Shown here: positions 11,409 through 22,250 of the stretch, piece by piece | Position numbering within the stretch: the first letter of the stretch is position 1 | How the letters are laid out: each line of letters begins with the position of its first letter | Assembly: GCA_965644495.1 (NCBI GenBank) | Contig: CBFFSA010000001.1 | Location: 310,001 to 374,000, forward strand | Direction: 5' to 3' | Source: Perkinsela sp. CCAP 1560/9 | Taxonomy: Eukaryota; Protista; Euglenozoa: Kinetoplastea | Length of the DNA stretch: 64,000 bases | Notes under the pieces: generated by a model | Told to the model about the DNA's origin: nothing | The model's input: the letters and a program-made list of their open reading frames with translations, nothing else | Database searches by the model: none | Made by a program: the position numbers and the translations under genes

Positions 11409-12899
11409 ATGACACGCCACATGTCACCAGAAAATCTCCGACAACGATGGGAGCGTCAAAGCGTAATATCGGTTTACGTTATGTGCCTAGCAGGTTTCTG
11501 GTATGTTGCTGGGCTGTTCTCCTACTCGGGTTATATGGCAAAAGAGTTCCACCCTGAATTACCGAAAGCAAAAGTAGGATATTATGCAGGTGCACTCAAT
11601 GGCGTCTTCTTCTTGGGTCGTTTTCTAAACGGCATCCCTCTTGGATTTGCTGTGGACTACTACGGCACAATGGCCCCCATGATGCTAACGTGTGCCTCAG
11701 GTGTGATCCTTCCTATAATTTTCGCAATATGCCCTACATATTGGTGGGCTCTTTCCATTTGTCTTCTTTATGGTTTTTGTAACGGCACAGTGCTTTTAGC
11801 AAAAGTTCGGCTAGCATATATTCTTTCTCCTGAACGCAGTGCGTATCCTCTAAGTTACATTGGTGCCATATGGGGCATAGTTAACGTTATTGCTCCTGCA
11901 CTCGCGGGGTCGCTTAGCTACGCTGCTACGAAATACGACGCCATTGGGCGAGCAATACCTGGACTACAGTGGTTTCCTTTTTTACTGCCTAATCTTATTG
12001 CATCGCTACTCAATTTATGCGCCCTATGCACTCTTTTTATCGAATTCAGACTGCAAAAGCAAGTATTGAAAGCTGAAAAACTGTCTACCTCTACTCAGGA
12101 GACGCCTGACAAGAGCTGCCACAATAACACTGATTCTCATTCTTCGTCTACCGTATCTCTACCCTTACAGGACGAAGACTCGACTACGCATAAGAGCACT
12201 CATCCTATTCCAGCAGAGAAGACTTTTATTCAATACGTATTGACAAATCAAACACAACTATTGCGGGTGACTTTACTTTTTGCCATGGCGAGTGGTCTGA
12301 GGTGCGTTGGAGCAGAAGTATTTCCTCTACTCCTAATGTTGCCGCAATCTGAAGGTGGATACGGAATGGGTACCGATGGTATTGGTATAATGAGCGCTAT
12401 ACAAGGGGCAATCATGATTATCGCCTCATACTTGGCACCGATCATCACTACGAGATATGGTTACCGGGAATGCACGCTGTGGACGATTCTCCTTACAATA
12501 CCACTTTACAATTCTATTCCGTTTCTTTCATTTCTTCCTCAGTACGTAAACCTGGTTGCCTTGACTGTTGTAATGGGTCTAGCGAGACAAATATTCGGAC
12601 ATATTATGTTTAACGCCACGCTTGTGATGTCGAATTTTTGCACTCACAAGTCATATCTTGCGCGTGTATCAGCAGTAGGGACTTCGATACAAAGCCTGCT
12701 TTTATTCTTTGTGCCAACATTTGCTTGCTCTGTTTTTGCCTGGTCTGCTTCACAAGAACACGAATTTTGGGCTTGCCCGCTCCCTTTCCCAACGAATCTA
12801 AGTTCTGTTTTTATACTTTACGCTATAGCAGCTATTTTAACTTTTTTCACTGCTCTCAAACTACGACCGGAGAGGAATTTTCCTGTAGAATCCACGTAG
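11409..12899 (+). CDS. MFS transporter (ZIFL/DHA1-like)
   Basis: About 12 hydrophobic helices; 'VGYYAGAL', 'GFAVDYYG' (motif A), 'FPFLLPNL' and 'GGYGMG' are typical of ZIFL1-like MFS proteins. Confidence 0.85.
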   Translation: MTRHMSPENLRQRWERQSVISVYVMCLAGFWYVAGLFSYSGYMAKEFHPELPKAKVGYYAGALNGVFFLGRFLNGIPLGFAVDYYGTMAPMMLTCASGVILPIIFAICPTYWWALSICLLYGFCNGTVLLAKVRLAYILSPERSAYPLSYIGAIWGIVNVIAPALAGSLSYAATKYDAIGRAIPGLQWFPFLLPNLIASLLNLCALCTLFIEFRLQKQVLKAEKLSTSTQETPDKSCHNNTDSHSSSTVSLPLQDEDSTTHKSTHPIPAEKTFIQYVLTNQTQLLRVTLLFAMASGLRCVGAEVFPLLLMLPQSEGGYGMGTDGIGIMSAIQGAIMIIASYLAPIITTRYGYRECTLWTILLTIPLYNSIPFLSFLPQYVNLVALTVVMGLARQIFGHIMFNATLVMSNFCTHKSYLARVSAVGTSIQSLLLFFVPTFACSVFAWSASQEHEFWACPLPFPTNLSSVFILYAIAAILTFFTALKLRPERNFPVEST

Positions 12900-12987
12900 T
12901 TTATCGCCTCTGACGAGTAATGTAGAACGTTTTGCTGACATTTTTTCTAAGGAAACGATATCATGGGCTTTTTTCTTGTGTAATAAT

Positions 12988-14496
12988 GGAACCCATGCAG
13001 TCTTGGCTCGCAGTGGCTGGCAACATTTGACAGCGAACGGCAGTAAATGGCAGCGTATGACACAAAATTGAGAAAAATGACGTATAGAAATTAACTTTCT
13101 TTTTTAGGGTATTGGTTAAACGCGGTAGTTGAGGGGCTGCGGGTACTTCGACCGAGACCACGGTTTGTATTTTCGGTGGGAAGAGATACAAAAACTGGCA
13201 AAAGTTTACATTTGTTTATCATTTTTATGTGGAATTTCCGATTCGGTATACGCTTCTAGCTATATTTTCCTTTGTTTCTTTCTCTGAATCAATTTCTTCC
13301 TTTTTACTAACATAGTACATAGTAACATAATTCTTCTTTTCCCGTAAACTTTTCTCCTAAATGTTTATGACTATCGAGAGCAATGGAGCCCATGCAAGTG
13401 TGGCTTGCACTCGCTGGCACAAGTTGGCACTGGCTGGCATAAGTTGGCACTGGCTGGCACAGAATTTAGGTTCAGATTAAGCAAACTATCCTTACTAATG
13501 TATTCTCTCTTAGTATTTACAATATTGTTATTCCGCACCCAATTACCTTCATACAATTTCCTTCATATAATTACCTTCAGCCAGATTGTTGCACAGGACG
13601 AATCTGAGTGACAACCCCTCTTCAAGTTTCGCAAACGTTCCCTAAGTTATTTCATAAAGCAATTGCTGACTGCAGTAGCTTCTTAATGTTTCGTGCGGCA
13701 TGTAAAACGGGGGGCGGATTAATGTTACATTTCCCCGCTAAATAGGGGGGAAGGTGGTAACTATGGAGGTGGTAGCTATGGGGTATGGAGGCCTTCACGC
13801 AACTCTGGGGCCTCACCGGGAGCAAAGGTGAAATTATTAGCCGGTTTATGTCGCAGACGGGTAAACAAGATCTAGGTCCATTGGCCCGGCCGAACGCACG
13901 GAGGGGCCGGCCGGGAGCAAAAGTGAATTTATTTAATTCCATTTTTTGGCAATGTGAAATACCTAAAATTTCCAGTCAACCTCAAATTTCGCGAAAACCA
14001 ACGAAAAATGATCATACTTTTTAAGGGGTGAATTTTTTTAAGGGGTCGAAAATTTTCTAAGGACTCGAAAAAAATTTAAGGGCTCGATTTTTTTCCAACT
14101 TTTATGCCAGATAAAGGTGCAGAATTTATGCAATGAAAAGGTGCAGCTTAATATGCAAGGTAAAGGTGCATTATGTAATATAAGGTGAATTATGCAATAT
14201 TAAGGTGCAGATTAGTATGCAATATAAGTGGCCACTTTTTATGCCAGATAAAGGTACGAGTGGGTCCCCTAGAATAATGGCCGTTGTGGCTTGCACTGGC
14301 TGGCACAAGTTGGCACTGGCGTGCAGTGGAGGTATGCATGTGATCCCTTGAAGCGTACCTTCAAGACATGAAGGACTAAATGTACGAGTAACCAGATGGT
14401 TTGGCTTCAGGGAGAAAGGCTCTCAGAGGACGTTTTTGGCTCGCAGTGGCTGGAAGCATTTGGCACTGGCTCGCAGTGGCGGTCTGCATGGGTTCC
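12988..14496. mobile_element. Non-autonomous TIR element (13-bp TIR GGAACCCATGCAG, AAT flanks) containing a second, related copy
   Basis: GGAACCCATGCAG at 12988 and CTGCATGGGTTCC ending at 14496, with AAT on both sides. Subterminal 10-bp repeats (TGGCACTGGC/TCGCAGTGGC). A degenerate inner pair of ends lies at about 13385 and 14346. Confidence 0.6.
14021..14260. repeat. Two degenerate minisatellite blocks (about 19-bp AATTTTTTAAGGGGTCG; about 20-bp TATGCAAnnTAAGGTGCAG)
   Basis: About 4 and about 7 visible units. The 17-mer GTGCAGCTTAATATGCA recurs at about 21690. Confidence 0.6.
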
Positions 14497-15209
14497 AATG
14501 TTGAGGTGATGTCTAGCTTCCGCCCTCGATTATTGAAAAACAGTAATGAATAGTGGAGCAATGTGCAGTGCGGTCTCCGCAAAAAATCAAATTGTGGAAT
14601 TAAATGTTTTAAGTTCATCTGTAAACATTTTATTCGTGTAAATCAGACACCTGTAAATGTACTGAATCACCCAGTAGCTACAAAAAAACTTACTATGTCC
14701 TTACGAAAAGATAGTATACTTGGGTGAGACAAACATTACCCGTCGCACATCGAAATATCTAGAGTTGATCCAGGATCTTTACATGATGAAATAAGCATGT
14801 GTAGTGCGCGTCTGAAGTAATGACGATGAAAACATGCTCTGATATTTTTCTTTGGGAATCATGGGACAAAGTAAGAAATGCTAAATAGAAAAGCTAGACA
14901 AGTGCAGTTCGTCGCTGTCATTGTTGGGCTGTTTAATCCGAGAATTTCAGGGAGACTGGGGATAGAGTCGGACAAAAGGAAATAACACGCAAAAATTATG
15001 CGTAACTTGTCCGGTACGCCTGAAGGAAAGGTTTTTGTAAAAAAGGAGTGGAGGCGTCAACTATGGTGAAAATGTACCCTAAAAAGCGAACTTTTTAAAA
15101 AACTTCTAAAGAACTTCTGAAGAGATAAATGCGATTTGGCATATTCTACGATACAAACTCCTGGCCACCAATAATATCTTACATCCCAATAATAAAATAT
15201 CTTATTTCT

Positions 15210-15443
15210 AAGAAGGATGCGGCAGGTGTGCCAAAATACAACAGTTCAAAGCATATTTCTGTTGTTTCGCGCAAAAAGGGTGTTACTGCAAGCCCTCGAA
15301 CTGCTCGTCGAGATTTGAGGCAAGCAGGGCATCAGTATAGGCCATGCCCAATTTCACAAGGGCTCACCGCTGTACAAAAAGAAAAACGCGTGCAGTTTTC
15401 TTTAAATTACAAAGAGGGCACATCGAAATTGATATTCTATTAG
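15210..15443 (+). pseudogene. Tc1-family transposase fragment (second HTH and linker)
   Basis: 'GVTASPRTARRDLRQAGHQYRPCP...LTAVQKEKRVQF...KLIF' matches Tc1 'GxxVSxxTVRRxLxxxG...PLLTxxxKxxRLxFA...IFSDE'. Confidence 0.7.
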
Positions 15444-15511
15444 AATATCAAAAAGTAAAGTTTTTCAAACACTTTAAAGTTTTTATAGCACTATAAATGG
15501 CATTTATAGCG

Positions 15512-15844
15512 CTGTACCCTCCCCTGTTTATAATAGCCTCGACCCCTCCCCCCCTTTATAGGTTCTTTTTTTGGCAAACTCGGAAAGATTTTTTCAAATT
15601 TTCTTGCACTGTCATAAATATTTTGATATTTATTTTCATATGGTTCTTCGAGGTATGGCGCGTGTTCGTGCTGGACATTTTACTTTGGAAGAGCGCCGGG
15701 GCCCACTTAGCGATTGAATAATTCCTGGTTCCTCGCCCCCAAATGTAGGGCGATTTCTGTGCCAACTCTTAATCTTCAATCGCCCTCCCCCCTTTATAGG
15801 TTCATTTGGGCAAAAGCGAGGCTATTATAAACGGGGGGGTACAG
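15512..15844. mobile_element. MITE with about 28-bp TIR (CTGTACCCyCCC...TTTATAATAGCCTCG)
   Basis: Left end CTGTACCCTCCCCTGTTTATAATAGCCTCG; right end CGAGGCTATTATAAACGGGGGGGTACAG followed by TA. Internal direct repeat CCCTCCCCCCTTTATAGGTTC. Confidence 0.8.
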
Positions 15845-15885
15845 TACTATAATTTTTTTTGAAATACTATAAACTATATAATTTA

Positions 15886-15980
15886 GGCTCTTCGTTAAAC
15901 GCGGTGGTTATTTTCAACTTAGAAGTCACTTATGCTGCGCGCTTCGCGTTGAAAACTACCACCGCGTTTAACGAAGAGCC
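15886..15980. mobile_element. 95-bp hairpin MITE
   Basis: 33-bp near-perfect inverted arms GGCTCTTCGTTAAACGCGGTGGT(TA/AG)TTTTCAAC, flanked by TA on both sides. Confidence 0.8.
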
Positions 15981-16099
15981 TAAAAAAGGAAAATTGGCCA
16001 GACAAAACCATTTGCCTAAAAACAAAACAGAAAACGACATAGAAGTTTCGCTCATACACTTAACTTTTGTGGTATACTTGACTTTTTAAATTTTTTTTG

Positions 16100-16216
16100 A
16101 AAAAAAGCGACAGATAACTAGGTGGGGGGGGTCGACCAAAAAAAATATTCGAAGTGTCAAAAAGCGACAGATAACTAGGGGGGTGGGGGGGTGACAGATA
16201 GCTAGGGGAGGTACAG
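16100..16216. mobile_element. Solo right end of a TIR element (3x GACAGATAACTAGGGG, ending GGTACAG|TA)
   Basis: A homologous end is present at 53710-53816. Confidence 0.65.
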
Positions 16217-16336
16217 TATATAAAGTTTTAGGGACCCCAGTATTCTAATATTAAATCACTTAGCAGAATAAATGTAACAAGCTTAATTAATATTAAATAG
16301 ATATTTTTCTGTTAAGCGTTCGTGAAATTGTGAGAA

Positions 16337-16861
16337 ATGTATAATTCAAATTACGTGCGAATGCTTCGCCAATTTCTTGAAGGGAACTTGCCCCGTAGCA
16401 TGCAATGGAGGTCATTTTGTCGACGCATGTGCAATAGTCGAGCGTATGTTAATTCATTGTTGTCTGATACCGAAAAACAGTCCGAATTGTATCAACGCAT
16501 CCGAAAGCATTCTATGCCATTCATAATGGCTAATTTCTTCGTTCTCATCACTTTAGCGCAAGTAATACACGCGGTATGGATACAGAATTTTCGACCATCG
16601 CACAACTTAAAGGGTAGAGAAGGGTGTGATAATCTAGAGAAAAGTATACGGACAAAAATTAACCAAAAAAAGAATTCAATAGCCCCCACAGAATCGACGC
16701 ATTCATTGGAATCTAATGAGAATTTCTATCCTGGTTTGATCCCTGAACAAGTGCGGAGGGAACAACTACTTGATAATCTAATTGTTCCTCATACTGAGTG
16801 TTCCTTCGACGCACCTCTAGACGCAGATCCTTTTCTTAGTTGCGAGAGAAAGTTTCTTTGA
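16337..16861 (+). CDS. Hypothetical protein with one predicted TM segment
   Basis: 174-aa ATG ORF on the coding strand; hydrophobic stretch 'FIMANFFVLITLAQVIHAVWI'. Confidence 0.55.
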   Translation: MYNSNYVRMLRQFLEGNLPRSMQWRSFCRRMCNSRAYVNSLLSDTEKQSELYQRIRKHSMPFIMANFFVLITLAQVIHAVWIQNFRPSHNLKGREGCDNLEKSIRTKINQKKNSIAPTESTHSLESNENFYPGLIPEQVRREQLLDNLIVPHTECSFDAPLDADPFLSCERKFL

Positions 16862-17047
16862 AATTCGTTTACAGGAATGAACTAGGTGACAAAAGTGGTT
16901 CTATAATCAAAAACATAAACTGCGTTTCTCAAGAACGTTTTCGTACTAATGTATGCATTCTTTTAATGTTTGAGCTGTGCATTAGCTTGTTTCTCATAAA
17001 GTATATTTGTTCCTGTATTATTTTTTTGTGACCTACTTGTATTTCTG

Positions 17048-17791
17048 ATGTGCGACCATCTGACCCGGAATCATTCTAAAGACACGGATCGAACACCTGT
17101 GTCCCGCCAGAAAGTACCTTTTAGTCGTCCTGGAAAAATAGACCACGATTTATTACCGGTAGAATACAAGCTGGACAGATTTTTTGTTAATGTGACTAAT
17201 CGTCCCGCTTCGTGGAACACACACACTGCTGGGTGTCTCTGGGTTGGTGTACGGTGTGACTCTCAATCGATAGTGACACATCTTCAGTGCGGCTTTCAGC
17301 ATCTGGTGGGAACACTGCAGTGGACGTTTCTTCCTTCCAGCCTTCAGAGTCTTGCGCTTACAGGTAATCGGTTTTCCGGTGCTGCAACCACCTCTGAGTT
17401 ACCTCCGAATCTCTCCAGACTGTCTCTCGGTCATAATAAATTTTCGAATGGCATTGATCTCTCACACTTCTCATCCCTACTGAAAATATTGGAGCTCAAT
17501 CATAATTTATTTTGCGGTCGCATTGATCTGTCCAGCCTTCCTTCTTCTTTAACCGAATTAAGCATCCGTTCTAATCGATTTTGTGGAAGTATTTCTCTTA
17601 GGTCTTTGAAAGAAGGATTGCGTTATCTCGATCTTAGCTACAATTTCTTCAGTGAATTGGAGTATCATTCCCAACTGAGCCTGCCTTCTACTTTGGTTGA
17701 AATCGATTTGCGACAAAATTGCTTAACGAGAAGACCTAGTATTTCGAAGTGTGCGATACGGATAGCGTTTTCTCCTCAGCGTCATTCATAG
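17048..17791 (+). CDS. Leucine-rich repeat protein (family shared with 42405 and 43554)
   Basis: N-cap 'SW...CLWVGVRCD' followed by 24-aa repeats LPxSLxxLxLxxNxFxGxIDLSx. Confidence 0.88.
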   Translation: MCDHLTRNHSKDTDRTPVSRQKVPFSRPGKIDHDLLPVEYKLDRFFVNVTNRPASWNTHTAGCLWVGVRCDSQSIVTHLQCGFQHLVGTLQWTFLPSSLQSLALTGNRFSGAATTSELPPNLSRLSLGHNKFSNGIDLSHFSSLLKILELNHNLFCGRIDLSSLPSSLTELSIRSNRFCGSISLRSLKEGLRYLDLSYNFFSELEYHSQLSLPSTLVEIDLRQNCLTRRPSISKCAIRIAFSPQRHS

Positions 17792-17948
17792 AAGATAGGC
17801 TTTCGAACAGGTGGTACCGGCTAGGCTCTCTATTCACTTTTGATTCAGAAGACTTTAGACACATTAGCCTCCCTCACGCCCTCGTTCCTATCAAAATGAC
17901 TATCGAAAGATATACGTTCCATCGCTATTTTTCGCCTTTAGTTGTATA

Positions 17949-19574
17949 CAGTGGTGAAAACTTCCATCTGGGGGGGTCTAAAATTTGTAAAAACTTTTCA
18001 ATTTTGTAAAATAATAGCGCATTCGAGAGCTCTCGCAGAGTTGTACGTCTTCGTACTGGTAGCTTTTATATCAAAGTGGAACTACAAATGCCGAATAGGT
18101 CAAAAATTCGAATTGTCACTTGAAAAATGATACAAAAAAGTTAAAAAATAACGTTTCCCCCCAAGAAGCTTGTTAGTAACCCCTTTTAGTATCCGCAATG
18201 TGCACCTTTCTTTTCTACAATGATTCTGCAACGCTTTCTGAAGCTTTTTAGCGTATTCACAAATTTAGATATTTGTTCTGTCTTAAGTTTATCATAGGAA
18301 TCATGAATTGCGGAGAGTAATTGTTGTTGATTTTTGGGTTGAATTTGGTCCTTTGTCCCGTCCATTATTGACCAAAGATTTTCTATGGGGTTTAGATCGG
18401 GGGATCGTGCTGGCCATCGGAGCCAAGAATAACCCTTTTCTTGGGCCGCGGCACGAGCCTTATTATGTGCCGGGCAATTGTCCATCACTATTGTGGCCCG
18501 ATGTCTCCTTAAATATTGGAACAGACCCCCCCTTTTTTTCATGGCTTCATAAAAAATTTGTCCTTTTACAGTTACTTTGTTTCCTTGAGAATCATGGGTA
18601 GGAAAGACGTGTAAATGAAACCCATGATTTAAGCTTACCCCCATCCAAACCATAATACCTTCTCCACCATGATAGGGTTCTAATTCCCCTGTTCGTTCTT
18701 TGGGGGGGTCAGATTTTCGGCAAAGGTACGTGGGTCGGGTGGATCTTTTGTAAATTCTTTTTGTAATTTTTTTGTAAAAAATTTTTATTTTTGTAAATTT
18801 TTTGTAAAATTTTGTAAATTTTTTTCGTCGCAGAAAATAATATTTTCCAGCGCAGCGTCGCTCCACTGTAGCATTTCAGTGGCAAATTGCACTCTGCGCT
18901 CCTTATGATTATTAGATAAGAAAGGGGTCTTTAAAGCTGTTCTGAGCACAATTTTTTCTTTTGAGTTTTTCAACATGTTCCTTAGGGATGTTATTGAACA
19001 TGTGAAGCCACGTCGCTTTACTTCTCTCCAGAGCTCGCTCCAAGTGGAGATACCATAAGGAAGGTCACGATAAGCGTCATCAATAAGCTTTAAAGATACT
19101 TTCATAAGATCAGAGGTGGTGCCCCTAGGTTGACGCGTAGGGGATGGACTGGCCACGTCGCCAGTGCAATTAAATCTTTCCACCCAGAGTTTCACAATTC
19201 CCTCGTGGACACCAAAATTTTGGGCAGTCCGGGAATAAGCCTCTGTTTTCTCAAAGTCCGCCACAAGAAGCATCCTGTGACTTTCCTTAATCTTCCCTGG
19301 TGAGGCATAGGAGCGTGTGCTCAAAACACCACGGGAAGTCCGTGAGCGAACTCGCTTTTGAGGCATAAAATGGGGAAAAAATAAAAAATTGCCATATTTT
19401 CACGGGGAAAAAAAAATTATTTTTTTATCATCAGATTAAATCTTTCAAGTCGAGCGTTCCGAATACGCCAAAGACATACAACTCTGCGAGAGCTCTCCAA
19501 TGCGCTATTATTTTACAAAATTGAGCAAATTTTACGAATTTTAGACCCCCCCCAGATGGAAGTTTTCATCCCTG
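17949..19574 (-). mobile_element. Full-length Tc1/Tc3-like DNA transposon (1626 bp) with a disrupted transposase
   Basis: About 100-bp TIRs starting CAG(T/G)G(G/A)TGAAAACTTCCATCTGGGGGGGTCTAAAATT, with TA at 17947-48 and 19575-76. Transposase ORFs lie between them. Confidence 0.95.
18186..19366 (-). pseudogene. Tc1/mariner transposase split into two frames (HTH part 18785-19366; DDE part 18186-18866)
   Basis: Motifs KTPFLS..HKERRVQFA, IIFCDE, HGGEGIMVW, MDNCPAH and WPARSPDLNPIENLW. The frame is broken at an A/T repeat expansion at 18745-18826. Confidence 0.9.
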
Positions 19575-20659
19575 TATATGTACTTTCTCTGCGGGGATTT
19601 CCGAACGTGGCTTAAATCACATGTTAGGGTTTTGTGTAGGCCGGTCTATTCGCTTGATGGTGATCGCTATACGACTACGAATACACCCAAGCCAAAAATT
19701 ATTATCGCTAAAATTCATGGTACTAAAATAATTGTTTTATTAATTGAAAGTTGTCAATTTTTGGCGAGAAGCATTTGTTTATTTTTTGTCAAGTTTTGAA
19801 CTTTTCATGAGGTCTGATGTTGGCAATCACCTTTTAGAGAAGAGTGCCATAGATTTTTCACTTTTAAAAGTCAAATTTCACCAAAAAATACAAACTCAAA
19901 AAACATTTACCGAATCGTTTTTTGAACAGGTCATCAGCAAATTCCTGCAAAGGTTTCTCCTGCACCGCCTCCCAAAGTTCACCCCCAAGCGCAGGGCGGT
20001 GCTCATTCTCCGTCCATAGGGTAAGTTGCCCTCCTTTCTCTCCTTCTCGCGCCGTTTTCTGTTTCATTTCCTTGGGCGGGTCGAGAAGTGCAGCTGCGAA
20101 CACTGCTCGTTGGCGCTCTTGCGGGAGCACTTTCACCAAGACCCCGGCAGTTTGTGAAGCACGTAGCTGTAAAATTCGACGTAAGCAGAGTCGTAAATGC
20201 TATTAGCTATTCTAGTTACATCTTTCAGAACGCTAAACTTTTCAGCGCGATTAGCTAATGAAGCAAAAATAATAGTCGGAGGTAGCGATGATCCATGTCG
20301 TATAGGCCTGCCAAAAATATTGTTACAGTTTCCTTTTCGTTAGCTACTGCACAACTTATAAACCACATTCCAGGATAGTATGCCCATGCCCACTTAGCAT
20401 ACCTACCCCCCCCGCCAGCAACAGGAGCGAGAGATGTCCCTTTTTTATATAGAAGCGACAGAGCAACTTTTCTAGCAATCACACGGTAAGAAATCGCATT
20501 TTAAGGTCAAGACACCATTTTTCTAGCAAATACAGATAAGGAACGCGCCGCGAAGCTGCGCGAAAATTCTTTTTAGCTTTCTAGACAAAATTTAGTATAC
20601 CGTACGCACTTAGTATACCTACTAGGTATAATATCCTGGAACGTGGTTTATTTTGAACG

Positions 20660-20800
20660 CCTTTGGGGGCCAGAGATTTGACATGTGCTTCATAATCAAC
20701 TTTGACGGATGTCTCATCTCCAGATATTACGTACCTATACTTCCGCACAGAAATTGGACGTAGAGTCCCCGGGTGGAAGTCAAGGACATGCATAAGTAAA
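20660..20800 (-). pseudogene. Possible pogo/Fot1-like transposase fragment
   Basis: 'VISGDETSVKVDYEAHVKSLAPKG' resembles the pogo first-Asp motif 'xxNxDETxx...KxLAxKG'. Confidence 0.4.
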
Positions 20801-20949
20801 GGACTTTTGTGGAACATTTAACCATTTTCTTCAATTTTCATTTTTTATGTTGCAAGCCCCGCACCCGAGTTCACTCATGAGTGGATATAATGGCAATAAA
20901 GGATAGGAAGTATAATTCAGGCATACATTTCCAAGAATCTCTATTTTAG

Positions 20950-21675
20950 TAAAGGGGGGGTACACCCACTATTGGCAATCACCCACTATTGGCAAATAAT
21001 TAATTACCTCAAAATTTCTTATGATGGAATTTCTAAATGTACATTAGTAGCAACTAATGGACACCTTGAAGGTTGCGGCCATAAAGGAATTAAGTGATAA
21101 CTCAGGTGATATCGGTGTAGAAGTGTACTCTGACATCTAAAGTGATCTTGCATGCTATTTCGAAGATGGCGAGAAATGTCACAACGATTTTCCTACTACC
21201 TTATACCCCTCAGTAAGAGATCCCCCAGTAAGAGAGATTTAGTTCGGGAGCCTCCACAGGAGGCGTATGTATGTCGTAGGGGGTGGGTGTCCGCACGTCG
21301 GGGGCCTTCGGAGGTCTTCAGTAAAAGAAATGGAACAATTTGTCGAAATCGTTGCGGTAAAAGAGGAATTTTGAATGCGTTTGTAAAACCCCTTTGTCCA
21401 AGAGTGGGTGATCTGAATTAAAAATAACACGATCTGTGTTAACTTTAATAATATAGAGCTTCCATGGGGGTAAGAGTGAACGCGTCCATGTATCGAAAAG
21501 AAAAGAGGAAATTTCAGAGGAAAATACATATTTCAATTTTTTTTTTGCCTGCGGCGCTTTTTCTTTTTTTTAACACAGATTTCTGTCTGGGCAAATATTT
21601 TCGAGTTAACACAGATTAATATTACACAGGTTAATGTTCTCCAGATTAGTATTACACAGACAAATGTCCCCCCTG
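20950..21675. repeat. Cluster of decayed TIR-element ends
   Basis: Doublets CACCCACTATTGGCAA x2 and CCCyCAGTAAGAGA x2; repeated TTAACACAGA; Tc1-like terminus CCCCCTG|TA at 21675. Confidence 0.5.
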
Positions 21676-21789
21676 TATGCATTAGCAATGTGCAGCTTAA
21701 TATGCATTATAAATGTGCGGGTGCCCTCCCCTAAAAAAATTCCGGCGCCTCCTGCCCAGTCTCGTCAAAAGGACAACGAGGGCTGAAAT

Positions 21790-22250
21790 CACCTGGGTTT
21801 GACTATGACAATTAGGTGGGGGGACAGTATGAATTCGGTGCCGTTGTGCGGTCGAACCCGCCCTTCTGGTCTCAATTCAGTATCTTGCGAGAGCGGGCAG
21901 GCGGTTTTCTGTCGAAGTGCAGAGCAGCGGTGGACAGTGAGTCAGCCACTGCGTCAGCGAGAGCGAGTAAAATTAAATCATGTCGGTAGGTGTACCGACC
22001 CTGCTCCAGGGATACTTTGCAGCCCGCTAAAATATGCCGAGGAGTTTGAGTGGCCTCGCTGCACATGGGATGAATATCGCTCACGTGGGGCGATATGCCC
22101 CAAAGACCAAGGGCGGCCCGGGCAGGAAGAGGCGTTTGTGTCATCACTGACGCTGCAAATCAAGACAAGGGATGGCTTTTATGTCGCAAGCTCGCTTTCG
22201 ATAGCCATTTGAAACCACTGGCTCGCCACAGTAGTACGCCGTTGCACTGA
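21790..22250 (-). mobile_element. Remnant of an RLE-type non-LTR retrotransposon (HERO/NeSL-like C-terminal region)
   Basis: 'LPARAALGLWG...MCSEATQTPRHILAGCKVSLEQGRYTYRHDLILLALAD' is a degenerate CCHC knuckle plus the RHD motif that precedes the restriction-like endonuclease. Confidence 0.8.

Noticed and set aside
18785-18866. Programmed -1 frameshift (IS630-like) at GAAAAAAA joining the two transposase ORFs
   Set aside because: A slip would restore DEKKF but leave about 20 junk residues and put the DPPD motif out of frame. Decay is the simpler explanation.
19864-20482. Minus-strand ORFs within the TE island
   Set aside because: They are short, antisense to the gene cluster and have no recognisable motif. 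They are possibly TE debris but cannot be assigned.
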